From positions 1 through 64,000 of IMG/VR virus record IMGVR_UViG_3300011646_000014: a stretch of 64,000 nt of DNA. The stretch is one strand, 5' to 3'. Made by a program: the position numbers and the translations under genes. Shown piece after piece: positions 17,918-28,165 of this stretch. Numbering within the stretch: position 1 is the stretch's first letter; each line of letters starts with the position of its first letter. Below the pieces are notes generated by a model that saw nothing but the letters and a program-made list of their open reading frames with translations, did no database searches and was not told the DNA's origin. The DNA comes from an uncultured virus (IMG/VR IMGVR_UViG_3300011646_000014) (taxonomy: Duplodnaviria > Heunggongvirae > Uroviricota > Caudoviricetes).

Positions 17918-19840
17918 TCAATTGCCTATAAATCGATTACCTTGAGCATCCTCATAAACAGGCTTGCCATTGCTTGTACCTACTTGACGTGTCATGCCAT
18001 TTGGTAGATTAGTCGATGATGCAGCTGGTGTATTAACGAACTGCTGTGTCTGAGTATCAAACAATTGTTGTGGCTGATTAATCAAACCGCCTTCTTTATC
18101 ATAAACTTGACCACCACCCACAGTCATATAACGGTCTTTACCAGTATCTGCTTTATTACCTGCATAACGATTAATTTTTTCTTGAATGGATTTACGATCT
18201 TCATCCGATTTCGCAGAATCATATTGCTCGTACAATTTCTCTAATCGTGCTGAGTTACGAATGCCAAAACCTTTTTCAGTGGCATTAAGATTAAATTCTC
18301 GATTCGCTAAATCATTGGTCGCTTGGAATTTTTGTGCATCAAAACCTAAATTTGCATTAAAGCGGTTATTGGTACCTTGCTCACTTAGTTCTGTACGATA
18401 GTTCTGTCCAGCTTGCCCCATGGCTTCACGCTGTAAAGCAGCAACATTGTTTGCATCAGTGGTATAACGTTGATTTGCACGATTATCCTCACCTTGCTGT
18501 AAATCAGATAAAGTACGGACTTGATTAGCAGTTAATCCTCTTGCCCCTGCAATTGGTGTGCTTGCTGCACGAATTACAGCTTGACGTTCAGCTTCCTGTG
18601 AATCATTACGTTGAGGTGCTTGTACAGGATTATTACCATAACCTCGCATACTCAAGCCTAAATTCATTTCACGTTGAGCGATTGCATTTTGAATCTGTTG
18701 TTCAGTCGGTCCCATTTCTTGAGTATTGGCAAATAAATTTGCTACCCCACGAGGGTCATTCACTGGTCTTACTTTGAATCCTAGCCCTTCACCTTCTCGA
18801 ACTCCATCTGCTCGTGCTTGGGCTGCTGCACCAGGATTAGCATAGCTAAAGCTGTTTCCTTTTTGCTGAATAGCATAAGGATCAGAGTTTTGTACAGAGT
18901 TTGATGTAGTCTGGGTTTCAGGCTGTGTTTGTGTAGTAGATGGTATTTTATTATTACCAAATGGATTGTTTACAACAGCATTTGGATTATTCTGTTTAGC
19001 ATTAAATTCGGGTTGAGCTGCTTTTGCTTCACTTGCAATACGTTGTTTATCCGCATAAAAGCGTCCAGCTTGTCCAAAAGTTAAAGCATTACCTAAGTCT
19101 GAAGCATAACCTAATGCACGAACACCAAAATCTTTAGCAAATCCTTTTGCTGTACCTAAATCTTCTGGTGACTGATCACCTAAACCAAAACGTTCTCGAT
19201 AATCTTCACTTGGTGTGGCAGCGTTTGCAAATAGAGAAGATGCTGCACCTAAATAACCAACACCTTTTACAAGCTTGCTATTGTTGACAAAATTTCTTAT
19301 ACCTCCGCCAAAACCCCCACCTTTTGTTGGTGCTGGATTACTTGGACTTGCTGATGGTGAGCTGGTTGCTGAAGGTGTAGTTGATGTTGCTGGAAGTTGA
19401 CGATTAATTGGTGTTACATCACGCATTTGTGGCCCACCAACTCTATTTTGTTGTGCACGACGAATATCATCTGCACTTGGGTAGGCACTTGGTACCAGTC
19501 CACCATTTGCAAAAAATAACTCAGGTTTATTTTGACCAGGCTTAAAACCCAATTGAGGTTGATTAACAGGCATATGTGTCTGATTTTTCATGGCATCAAG
19601 TGTTTGCACACCCACCGAATGAACTTGGTCAGGCGAGAGTTGGAACTCACCGTTACTGAGATTAACCGGCGTGGGACTCCCCATATTTTTTAAATTATTG
19701 GTACCAATCTGCTGAGTCGAATCAGCAGGCATAATATAGCTACCTGCTGGAACATTTTTTTTAACATCGTCAGAAGTGCCTGTACCTGCACCTTGAATCA
19801 GTCCACTTTCATCTTTTTGGCGTTTTTTTAAACCGTACAT
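17918..19840 (-). CDS. Putative DNA-ejection/internal virion protein (likely start MYGLKK at 19840)
   Basis: GGGAG RBS before 19840; Q/N/A/G-rich; tape-measure-like GTGTSD...LSNGEF...FANGGLV motifs; adjacent to the polyvalent protein. Confidence 0.6.
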   Translation of the reverse strand: MYGLKKRQKDESGLIQGAGTGTSDDVKKNVPAGSYIMPADSTQQIGTNNLKNMGSPTPVNLSNGEFQLSPDQVHSVGVQTLDAMKNQTHMPVNQPQLGFKPGQNKPELFFANGGLVPSAYPSADDIRRAQQNRVGGPQMRDVTPINRQLPATSTTPSATSSPSASPSNPAPTKGGGFGGGIRNFVNNSKLVKGVGYLGAASSLFANAATPSEDYRERFGLGDQSPEDLGTAKGFAKDFGVRALGYASDLGNALTFGQAGRFYADKQRIASEAKAAQPEFNAKQNNPNAVVNNPFGNNKIPSTTQTQPETQTTSNSVQNSDPYAIQQKGNSFSYANPGAAAQARADGVREGEGLGFKVRPVNDPRGVANLFANTQEMGPTEQQIQNAIAQREMNLGLSMRGYGNNPVQAPQRNDSQEAERQAVIRAASTPIAGARGLTANQVRTLSDLQQGEDNRANQRYTTDANNVAALQREAMGQAGQNYRTELSEQGTNNRFNANLGFDAQKFQATNDLANREFNLNATEKGFGIRNSARLEKLYEQYDSAKSDEDRKSIQEKINRYAGNKADTGKDRYMTVGGGQVYDKEGGLINQPQQLFDTQTQQFVNTPAASSTNLPNGMTRQVGTSNGKPVYEDAQGNRFIGN

Positions 19841-19893
19841 GACAAACTCCCATATATATGCCATGTATGGTTAATCAATCTAAGTTATAGGCG

Positions 19894-19907
19894 TTAGCCT
19901 TACAGGG
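19894..19907 (-). promoter_or_regulatory. CCCTGTAAGG box upstream of the 648-aa gene
   Basis: CCCTGTAAGGCTAA immediately after the upstream stop codon. Confidence 0.6.
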
Positions 19908-22451
19908 TTAGTACGAGTAATTATGACTCGTACTTGTGCTAGAACTTTCCGATACGCTCCCACCGATAGATGCATTTGCACTAATACCAGCAGAAACATG
20001 CATCGCTGACATCGCACCTGCAGCCAATTGAGATGAAAACTGCCCCACTGCTTTGGCTGCTTCTAATGCAAGTTGTGCTTTTTGTATCGCATTTTGCATC
20101 TTGGCTTCATACTCTTTTAATTGCATTTCAGAAAATGCAATATTGGTACGAACATTCATATCTGCATATCTTGCTTTTGTTTCAGCATTTGCAATCTGGG
20201 TACGAAGTAGCATGTCATTATATCGTGACTGAGTTTCTGCAAATGCAATATTGGTTCGGCTATTCATGTCAGCATAACGTGCTTGCATCTCAGCATTTGA
20301 AATAGAAACGCGTGACTTCGATTCAATATAACGGTTATAAACATCTGCATTCGCAATCGTCGTTCTTAAACTTAGGTCTGCATAACGTGAATGTGCTTCT
20401 GATACCGCAATCGCTGTACGTGATTTCATGTCAGCAAATCGAGCCAATGATTCACTATTTGCAATGCCAACACGCATTCTCATTTCAGCAAATTTGGCTT
20501 GTGCATCTGCAAAAGAAATTTTAGTACGTGATATTGAGTCAATAACGCTTGCCTGAGTATTTACTCTGGATGTTTCAACGTCAGCTTGTGCTTTAAACAA
20601 TTCTACTTGTGAATTAAATGCTGATGTATTGCTTTGAACAACACCCATTTTTGCATCAATTTCCGCCTTGTACGCTTCAATATTTGCTTGATATTCAGAT
20701 ATTTTTACACGTGCAGCTTCAAGGTTGAGTTCAATCTGCTTAGATTTAACATTGGCTTTAGCAGATACACCATCTACAGTTGCTGCATACATACGAGCAA
20801 GAGATTCATACATGGATGCTTTGGACGTTTCAGCCTTGATTTGAGAATCATATGCTTCGACTTTAAGCTTTTCAGCTCCAATTTGTTCAGAATACGCTTG
20901 AACCTCAGATTTATATGCATCAAATTTAGTCGCAATCAATCCAGCTCGTGCAGTTGCACCTTGCACCAATGCCTTATATACCTCAACATTGGTCATAACC
21001 GCTTCAATTTTAGCTTTAAAAACATCAACTTTTTGTTGGTTGAGTTGCCCAATAACTGCCTGTGCATCAAGCATTGCTTTGTAGGCACTGATACGTGAAA
21101 TAGTTGCATCAATTTTAGTTTTATAAACTGTGATCAAACTCTCAAATGCAGAATTTTGAGCATTAAAAATACTAATCTGAGCATTTAGCACACTGATTTT
21201 ACTGTCAATTTGAAACTTAACCAGTTCCATGGTGTTAGAAACATAAGCAAGCCACATATCTTGCTTCATTTTTTCCAAAGCCATACCTTGCTCAGTCAGG
21301 AAACGGATATGCTCAAGCTGTTTATCAAAAGACTGAATTAAAATATCACGATTTAAATCCGCAATAGCAAGTTTACCTTGATCACGAATGTCGCTGACCT
21401 GCTTTGCCAACATCCCTTGTGGCATTGAAAAACCACGACTTGCCCACTCTGTAACAGCTTCTTGTACTGCTCGTTCAGTTTCTCGACTGGTACGTTCTCT
21501 TGCTCGATTAAATAATGATTGCTCAACCGCTGCTGGTAAACCCAGTCCTGTATGGCTTCCATCCAACCATGAACGGATTTCCAATACCAATGGCTTAATT
21601 GCACTCTCAGTATTAAAAGCATAATAGTCTTGCTTAACAACTGTGCTTGCTTCAGAAATCAAAGCATCAATATTGTCTGGGATTGTAATATTGAATTCAG
21701 GTGGTTGACCTTCAAATACAGGAATTTCTTCATATTTGAAATCGGGCAATTGAATTTTTTCCATTACATCCATTTCTGGAATGACAATTGTTGGTGCACT
21801 AGGCATTTCAACATCGTCATTAATTTCAGGTCTTAATGGAACCGAAATTACATCCATACTAGGTGCTGTGGGTAAATTTAAAATTGGTGCTTCAGGAGTT
21901 GCTGGTAATTCCAGATCGCTTAAATCTAAATCTTTTATTAAATCACTTAAATTAATCTTATCTGGTAAGTTGCCTGCATCAAAATTTTGCACATTAAAAG
22001 TAGGTGCTGTTGGTAGATTAATTGCTGTGTCAAATTCAGGGATCAATGATGCATCAATAAAATCAGGTGTAGATAAATCCTCTGAAAAAATTGGAGCATC
22101 AGGAATATCTATATTTAAACCAGTAAATTCAGGATTCACTATCTCTTTAGGTTGTTCAATATCAAGATCAATGACAGGCGGTACTGGACGCTCAACATTT
22201 AATTCAGGTACCTTTAAACCTTCTAGTGGTTCAAAACCTGTTTCATTAGGTTTAGCCAAATTGGATGGTGGGGTAATTTCCGCAACAGAAATTTCAGTAA
22301 GATTACCCAAAGCTTCTGATACATCATTTGCATAAGTATTTACTTTTCGCTCAAAATAATCGAGTTTTTCAGTGACTTCTTTCGTCACAATATCAATCTG
22401 AGGAACTGTAACTGTCATTTTAAACTCTCCGTTTGGTAGCAGATATATCAA
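19908..22451 (-). CDS. Virion protein with Pro-rich N-half, long coiled coil and 7x18-aa repeats (putative ejection protein)
   Basis: 847-aa ORF; PxAP repeats; ARYADMNSRTNIAFAETQ-type repeats; likely start MTVTVP. Confidence 0.55.
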   Translation of the reverse strand: MIYLLPNGEFKMTVTVPQIDIVTKEVTEKLDYFERKVNTYANDVSEALGNLTEISVAEITPPSNLAKPNETGFEPLEGLKVPELNVERPVPPVIDLDIEQPKEIVNPEFTGLNIDIPDAPIFSEDLSTPDFIDASLIPEFDTAINLPTAPTFNVQNFDAGNLPDKINLSDLIKDLDLSDLELPATPEAPILNLPTAPSMDVISVPLRPEINDDVEMPSAPTIVIPEMDVMEKIQLPDFKYEEIPVFEGQPPEFNITIPDNIDALISEASTVVKQDYYAFNTESAIKPLVLEIRSWLDGSHTGLGLPAAVEQSLFNRARERTSRETERAVQEAVTEWASRGFSMPQGMLAKQVSDIRDQGKLAIADLNRDILIQSFDKQLEHIRFLTEQGMALEKMKQDMWLAYVSNTMELVKFQIDSKISVLNAQISIFNAQNSAFESLITVYKTKIDATISRISAYKAMLDAQAVIGQLNQQKVDVFKAKIEAVMTNVEVYKALVQGATARAGLIATKFDAYKSEVQAYSEQIGAEKLKVEAYDSQIKAETSKASMYESLARMYAATVDGVSAKANVKSKQIELNLEAARVKISEYQANIEAYKAEIDAKMGVVQSNTSAFNSQVELFKAQADVETSRVNTQASVIDSISRTKISFADAQAKFAEMRMRVGIANSESLARFADMKSRTAIAVSEAHSRYADLSLRTTIANADVYNRYIESKSRVSISNAEMQARYADMNSRTNIAFAETQSRYNDMLLRTQIANAETKARYADMNVRTNIAFSEMQLKEYEAKMQNAIQKAQLALEAAKAVGQFSSQLAAGAMSAMHVSAGISANASIGGSVSESSSTSTSHNYSY

Positions 22452-23760
22452 TATTTAAATCATTGATATAACCATGTTCACCAGATATTTTGATTTCAAA
22501 TGCAAAATGACGACCACGTAAACCACGCCCAAATAAAACACGTCCATTGGTCAAGTAGTCGGCTTTTTCTGTGGGTAATAAATAATAGAAGGTCTGCGTT
22601 GTGCCACTTTGCGTAGTGCTTACACCAACTTCCAACTTTTTGGAATTTCCAGATAATTCATATTCAAGATAAGCACCCAATGGATGAACTAACTGTCCTT
22701 GGCCTAAATCTAATTGTCCTGTTACCAATTTTGCTTCGATTAGTTCATTGGCATCCAGTTGATGCACACCATCTTCAGCAACACCATAGAGCACGCCATT
22801 AATTACAGCCAATTCACTAAAACCATAATCTTGGTAACGGCTCATTGCCCATGTATCAACATTTGCTGTCCATGCATAGCCATATTGTTTTTCTTTTGCA
22901 TGATCATCTTCAACAAAAATAAGGTCGTTAATTAATTGCTTGGCAAAATTTTTCCCTTGATTGAAATCAAATGCCGTTACTGTTTCATTAATTTTTTCTT
23001 GTGATTTGCGCTGTTGCTTTGACAATTCATTAATATTGATCGTATCAATGACACGTTGTTTTGCTTTTATACGCTGACGATATTGTTCTGAGTAAGTCAC
23101 ATGATCCACAATAAAATCAGAATATCGAGTGATACAACTGTCTTGTGCCCTCAATACATCCGTAACCATTGATCGTGCTATTTTTTTAAGCCTGTAATTT
23201 TCTTGATAAATAATGCGCTCGTTAGTAAAAGCTCGTAATTTAGACTTTAAAGAAACATCTAAAATATCAAGTACATCAGTCATTGAATCTTTAAAACGAA
23301 CAGTTGCCTTAAAGTCCTCTTTGACTTTTAAAGCTTCATTTAATTTAGACAGACTATATTTTTTAGTGTTGAGGTTTTCAGCAATTAACAATCGCTCAAT
23401 ACTTATATTTCGTTGCTTATCTTTTTGTACTGTTGTAGAGCTGATATTATCTTGAATCAATGATTTTGCACGGAGGCGGTTTTTAAAATCATCAGAAACG
23501 ATAATTTGATCATGGATAAAATCTACATGACGTTTACGACCAGTGAAATGATCAATTACCTTGATTTCATCTTTGACTGGAAAAATGGCAGAATCAACTA
23601 ATTCATCTGTAATTGAAACAACATCACCAGAAAACACAGCAAGCCGATATAGAGAATCCTCTTTAATTCTAATGAGTTCTTCTGTGACTGCTTTGGACTT
23701 ACCTATCGTATTATTGGAATATGCAATTGTTTCCTGAATATCATCACGATACAAGGTCAT
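22420..23760 (-). CDS. Hypothetical virion structural protein (446 aa)
   Basis: Long ORF overlapping its neighbours in the late operon. Confidence 0.6.
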   Translation of the reverse strand: MTLYRDDIQETIAYSNNTIGKSKAVTEELIRIKEDSLYRLAVFSGDVVSITDELVDSAIFPVKDEIKVIDHFTGRKRHVDFIHDQIIVSDDFKNRLRAKSLIQDNISSTTVQKDKQRNISIERLLIAENLNTKKYSLSKLNEALKVKEDFKATVRFKDSMTDVLDILDVSLKSKLRAFTNERIIYQENYRLKKIARSMVTDVLRAQDSCITRYSDFIVDHVTYSEQYRQRIKAKQRVIDTININELSKQQRKSQEKINETVTAFDFNQGKNFAKQLINDLIFVEDDHAKEKQYGYAWTANVDTWAMSRYQDYGFSELAVINGVLYGVAEDGVHQLDANELIEAKLVTGQLDLGQGQLVHPLGAYLEYELSGNSKKLEVGVSTTQSGTTQTFYYLLPTEKADYLTNGRVLFGRGLRGRHFAFEIKISGEHGYINDLNIDISATKRRV

Positions 23761-26333
23761 TCGTTAATTACTCCAATAAAATGATATGCGGACTTATCTT
23801 CAACCAAACTGCAATAGCCCCATTTAAATCGACGATTGTTTTGATCAGATTCAGATATATTGGCATATTCACTATCTCCAAATACAACCTTACAGGCATC
23901 TCTATAAAAGACACCAACATATAAATCGGGTGATGGTAAAAAATAGGTGGTTGCAGGAATTACATCTATTTTCCTAGGCACATCATCAATTGTTATATAG
24001 ATATTCCCTGTGGTTTTACCATCTTCTCGCCAACTTTTTGAATAGGTTTGCACCTTTGGGGCACCGCCACCACCAGAATGTTGCCAAGTATGCTTATCTG
24101 GATGTACAAGCCAAGTGATGTCATATGGCAACCCACCCAGCCAATCTCCTTGATCAGCAAAATCAGAACAACCACCTGGATAATAGTTGTAACCCATTAC
24201 CCATACAGGATTACCATTTTTAGGATATGGTTCTGCTTTAGAAGCTGTATACATATTGCCTTCAACTGAGCCACCAACCCATGCCCAGACAAAATCATAA
24301 GTAAAATATCGGTACGAATTTGGATCACGCACAGAATGTAGACTTAGCCCTTCAGTTTTATAAATACCTGATACATATTCAGAAACGGCATACAAAGATG
24401 CATTTCTACATAGAAAGGGAATACATACTGCAATATTTATTGAATGATCTTCAGTTTTCGTTGACTCACTTTTGTGAGTGAAATAACGGTTTCTCCAAAT
24501 TGAACCTACTTGAGAAAAGAAATCATCAAAAGAAAATACAGGCTTGGAGTCAAAACCACGATCTTCACCTTTGATTTTTGTCACTGTTTGAGTTGGTGCA
24601 AATTCATTACGACGATCAAAGTCAGTGGTGTAGAAATTTCCCCATACTGATATTTGCCCTTCATACACTGTTTCAGTCCATGATCCTACAGTCATACATT
24701 CTTCAAAGTCATTTTCTACATCTAAGGTATATTTTCTTTGATCAAGGAAATATTTGACTACTTTAAGGCTATCCCCAATATAATATCCATACATAATCGT
24801 GTCACAACGAACGATGTATCCTGATGGAATTTTAGATTTATCCAAAACAGAAAAATCAAATGAGATACAGCCCTGTAATTCTACTGAAGGAAATTTAATC
24901 TCTGCACCAGATGGAAATAAATAACCTTGCCCGACCCGACTAACATTGCCAGATAAAACAGCAATTGGATCAAGTTCTAAGTTATCCCAATAATCAACAT
25001 CTACTGATGTAACGCTTGTAGTTAAAGCTTGTTTATATAAATCTTCTTGTGAAATACGACGTAATTTGTACAAAATTGCATTAGATTTTTCATCCTTGCC
25101 TAGTAGTGCGAATAATTTACTAAGATAGTTAGAAATTGTTGTGCGATATTCTTCTTTAACTTCAATCGCTTTTAACCATCCGTTATCTTTTGCATTACTA
25201 AAACTAAGTTTCAACTTGTAGGCTTTACCGACAGCTACTCCATCTTCATCATAGTTATAACAAGTATTAAAACCTTCGGTTCCACTAAGATTAAAACTCC
25301 ACCCACATGCCATGCTGTATGCAATATTTGAATAAAAATCATTGGTGTCAGATACTTTAATGATTACTCCTGCTCTACGCCAAGATTCAAACCCACTGCC
25401 TTTAGGAAATGATTCACCACTTGGCATACCACCAAACCGATCAAGTATGTTTAGAATTTCTTGATCCCCAACTTTTTCAATATATTCTCTAAAAGCACTT
25501 GTTGTTGTTGTTGGAATTAATGGCAAAGGCATTGCATAAATTCCACTTGAGCCAATACGAGTCAACCAAGGTTTATTTGAGTTATCAAAGGTTATCCCGT
25601 GTGTTTGATTAAACTTATAATTATACTGAAACTCACCATCTATTGATGGAATGCCAATGTATCCTGGTAAACGAACACCATAAAGTTCTTCTGAGATTCG
25701 ATCTATGTATTCGGGTGGTATATTAAACTGTTTCCGATCATAAGTTTTATCAGGTAAATCCTGAAAATTGAGTTTCCCATATCCACCTACAATTTGCATA
25801 ACTTCAGCCATAGCACCGCTATACCATGTTGGACGTTGCTGACTGTATTGCGTTGTGACAATATCGCTGATCAATGCAGATTTTGGATAAAATTCAGGAA
25901 CAACAGACATGTTCGGTTCAATAGTAAAGCGTTGTAACTTTAAATCTTTATTAGGTATATCATTATTTTTATAATCACTTAAACGCTGACGACATTGTTC
26001 AGTCAGTTTTATACCTACACCTTCATTTTGCAAGACTCTAGCTTTAGTGATTACACCACTAAAAAGCATAGGGACATACAATTTTGCTAATCCATCATTT
26101 TCAAATGCATATGGATCAAGTTCTTTATGGGCTATGGCTTTAAGAATACCAGCCATGTCTTGCAAAATAACATAACCACCATCAGGCAAATCTCTAACTT
26201 GTCTGATGCTATCTAAATTTGATAAGGCTTTTTGATTACTTAACTTTTTAAGCTGGTGGTCAATGAATAAACGATCTTGTTCAGATAGCTTTCCATTGAC
26301 CACCAAAAGCCCATAAGGACGTGGACTATGCAT
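23757..26333 (-). CDS. Hypothetical virion structural protein (858 aa)
   Basis: Long ORF in the late operon; aromatic, beta-rich composition. Confidence 0.6.
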   Translation of the reverse strand: MHSPRPYGLLVVNGKLSEQDRLFIDHQLKKLSNQKALSNLDSIRQVRDLPDGGYVILQDMAGILKAIAHKELDPYAFENDGLAKLYVPMLFSGVITKARVLQNEGVGIKLTEQCRQRLSDYKNNDIPNKDLKLQRFTIEPNMSVVPEFYPKSALISDIVTTQYSQQRPTWYSGAMAEVMQIVGGYGKLNFQDLPDKTYDRKQFNIPPEYIDRISEELYGVRLPGYIGIPSIDGEFQYNYKFNQTHGITFDNSNKPWLTRIGSSGIYAMPLPLIPTTTTSAFREYIEKVGDQEILNILDRFGGMPSGESFPKGSGFESWRRAGVIIKVSDTNDFYSNIAYSMACGWSFNLSGTEGFNTCYNYDEDGVAVGKAYKLKLSFSNAKDNGWLKAIEVKEEYRTTISNYLSKLFALLGKDEKSNAILYKLRRISQEDLYKQALTTSVTSVDVDYWDNLELDPIAVLSGNVSRVGQGYLFPSGAEIKFPSVELQGCISFDFSVLDKSKIPSGYIVRCDTIMYGYYIGDSLKVVKYFLDQRKYTLDVENDFEECMTVGSWTETVYEGQISVWGNFYTTDFDRRNEFAPTQTVTKIKGEDRGFDSKPVFSFDDFFSQVGSIWRNRYFTHKSESTKTEDHSINIAVCIPFLCRNASLYAVSEYVSGIYKTEGLSLHSVRDPNSYRYFTYDFVWAWVGGSVEGNMYTASKAEPYPKNGNPVWVMGYNYYPGGCSDFADQGDWLGGLPYDITWLVHPDKHTWQHSGGGGAPKVQTYSKSWREDGKTTGNIYITIDDVPRKIDVIPATTYFLPSPDLYVGVFYRDACKVVFGDSEYANISESDQNNRRFKWGYCSLVEDKSAYHFIGVINE

Positions 26334-26335
26334 CT

Positions 26336-26914
26336 TTACGCTGCTGTAAAGCTCAAACGATAACCAATTTCATATTCATCACCAACTTGGAATACACGTG
26401 CTGCTGTGTATTTTGATGCTGAAATTAAGGTACCAGTTGTGCCACCTTTTGTACTATTTGTCAGCATTGCAGCACCAGTTACAGTAAGCTGTGATGTTGT
26501 AGCAATAGTCACTTTAGCGACAGCATTAAAGTTATCAATTGAATTGGTTGATGTATTTTGCGGTGTCCATTGTGGACGTGTTGCAGATGTATAACCTTCA
26601 GTCATACTTACAATTTCAGCTGCAACAGATGCAAAGTTTGCTGCCGTCCAATTGGCTGCTGGTGCTGTTGCACCACTGAATAATGCAAGATAATAACCTG
26701 CTGGTTTCGCAGTTGTCCCCATTGCCACATTAAGTAAATGCGCAAGACCTTCATTGACCACTAGGTTGTGAGTTGTTTGCCACTCACCACCATTAATACG
26801 GTCAAAATATTCACCTTGCGCCAGAATACCCTGCTTTGGGAAATAGATGCCTTGCTCAGTCATCTGGTAATTTTCAGCTTTTAAATCATTTTCCAAGTCT
26901 TTCGTGTTCATCAT
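26336..26914 (-). CDS. Putative tail structural protein (192 aa)
   Basis: HNLVVNEGLAHLL...YYLALF motif typical of small tail or fibre-associated proteins; T/A-rich. Confidence 0.6.
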   Translation of the reverse strand: MMNTKDLENDLKAENYQMTEQGIYFPKQGILAQGEYFDRINGGEWQTTHNLVVNEGLAHLLNVAMGTTAKPAGYYLALFSGATAPAANWTAANFASVAAEIVSMTEGYTSATRPQWTPQNTSTNSIDNFNAVAKVTIATTSQLTVTGAAMLTNSTKGGTTGTLISASKYTAARVFQVGDEYEIGYRLSFTAA

Positions 26915-26941
26915 CAGGTACCATGTAAGTAAACAATGACA

Positions 26942-28165
26942 TCACGTTACAATGGTTGTCACCCTTCTCCCTAGCCTTACAGACCTCCCAGACTTTGCAG
27001 TGATTCCTTTTAATATGCCAGCTTGAAGCTCGATAATCTGACCACTAGATGTACCAAGAATATAACCATTCTCTGCCAGCCATAACGCAGTCGTATTGCC
27101 ACCCTGAGATATATCAGAGCCAATATCATTATTGTCAATTTCAATCGCACTGTCGGGTACTGGTGCATGAGAGGTCTTAGACTGAAATGTCATTTCTGCT
27201 GGATTAGTCCCTGTTAGAAAAACAACATGAGTAACTTGACCAACCCAAATACCACCATCAACTGGCAGAATAAAAGTAATACGTTGTGGCATAACGACAA
27301 AGCCAAACTTTTCATCATGAAGATGATATGCCAGTGGCTCTGAAAATCTGAGTATGTTTTTATCAGCAGTTAGCAAACGACCTTGCCAATATTTCATATA
27401 TCGACCAGTCGGCATAGGCGATAAACCTTTAAAACGAGCTGTCATACCCAAATCTAAACTATTAATTGTGACTGAACTTGTACTAATTGGATGATCAGAA
27501 TGATGCAATAGCTCGCCACCATTACGATCAGATATATAAATCCTTACGTGCGTAATGGATTGATCAAAACAGTAAGGTAAATTTACTTGGATACTATAAA
27601 ATGATGGATCATCAAGATTACTATTTGATGTAAGACTTACTTGATCAGATGTAACTTGTGATAAAGCAGACTCTTGCTGATCACGCAACCATGAAATTGC
27701 CAAACTGTAAGTTCCACTTTTCAATGATCCTCCATGATCTAGCATAGTCAAAATTGGTGTAGCAGGCGTATCAATTGTTAATGAGCGAACGTATTTCCCA
27801 TCATAAGTCCACAGACCTAATTCACTTGCAATATAAACAAGATTATTGATGACCTCATAACAGAGTTGAATATGACCAATTTTTGCTAATATTTCAGGTT
27901 GCCATGTTTGTGCATTTAATTTAACAAACTCAGTGTCTAATGTTGCAAACACATCATTATGCAAGGGACTTTGCCAAATGTTCTTAAAACTAAAAGGCGA
28001 TATACGCTCTGCACCATTTCGTAATTTAATCCGACCAGTATCTGTAATATCAAGATTCACTGCATCACGTAAATATAACTTAGGTGAATCTCCACCTTGC
28101 TGTAATCCGTCATCTGCAACAACATTATTAATGCCTGCAAGTGGGAATAATTTTAAAGTTGCCAC
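26942..28165 (-). CDS. Putative tail hub/stabilisation-like protein (407 aa, GTG start)
   Basis: GINNV...LRDAVNLD...GRIKLRNG N-terminus and propeller-like beta repeats, reminiscent of podovirus tail tubular/stabilisation proteins. Confidence 0.45.
   Translation of the reverse strand: MATLKLFPLAGINNVVADDGLQQGGDSPKLYLRDAVNLDITDTGRIKLRNGAERISPFSFKNIWQSPLHNDVFATLDTEFVKLNAQTWQPEILAKIGHIQLCYEVINNLVYIASELGLWTYDGKYVRSLTIDTPATPILTMLDHGGSLKSGTYSLAISWLRDQQESALSQVTSDQVSLTSNSNLDDPSFYSIQVNLPYCFDQSITHVRIYISDRNGGELLHHSDHPISTSSVTINSLDLGMTARFKGLSPMPTGRYMKYWQGRLLTADKNILRFSEPLAYHLHDEKFGFVVMPQRITFILPVDGGIWVGQVTHVVFLTGTNPAEMTFQSKTSHAPVPDSAIEIDNNDIGSDISQGGNTTALWLAENGYILGTSSGQIIELQAGILKGITAKSGRSVRLGRRVTTIVT

Noticed and set aside
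20634..22335. 154-aa and 184-aa plus-strand ORFs
   Set aside because: Antisense shadows of the repetitive 847-aa gene, with biased composition.
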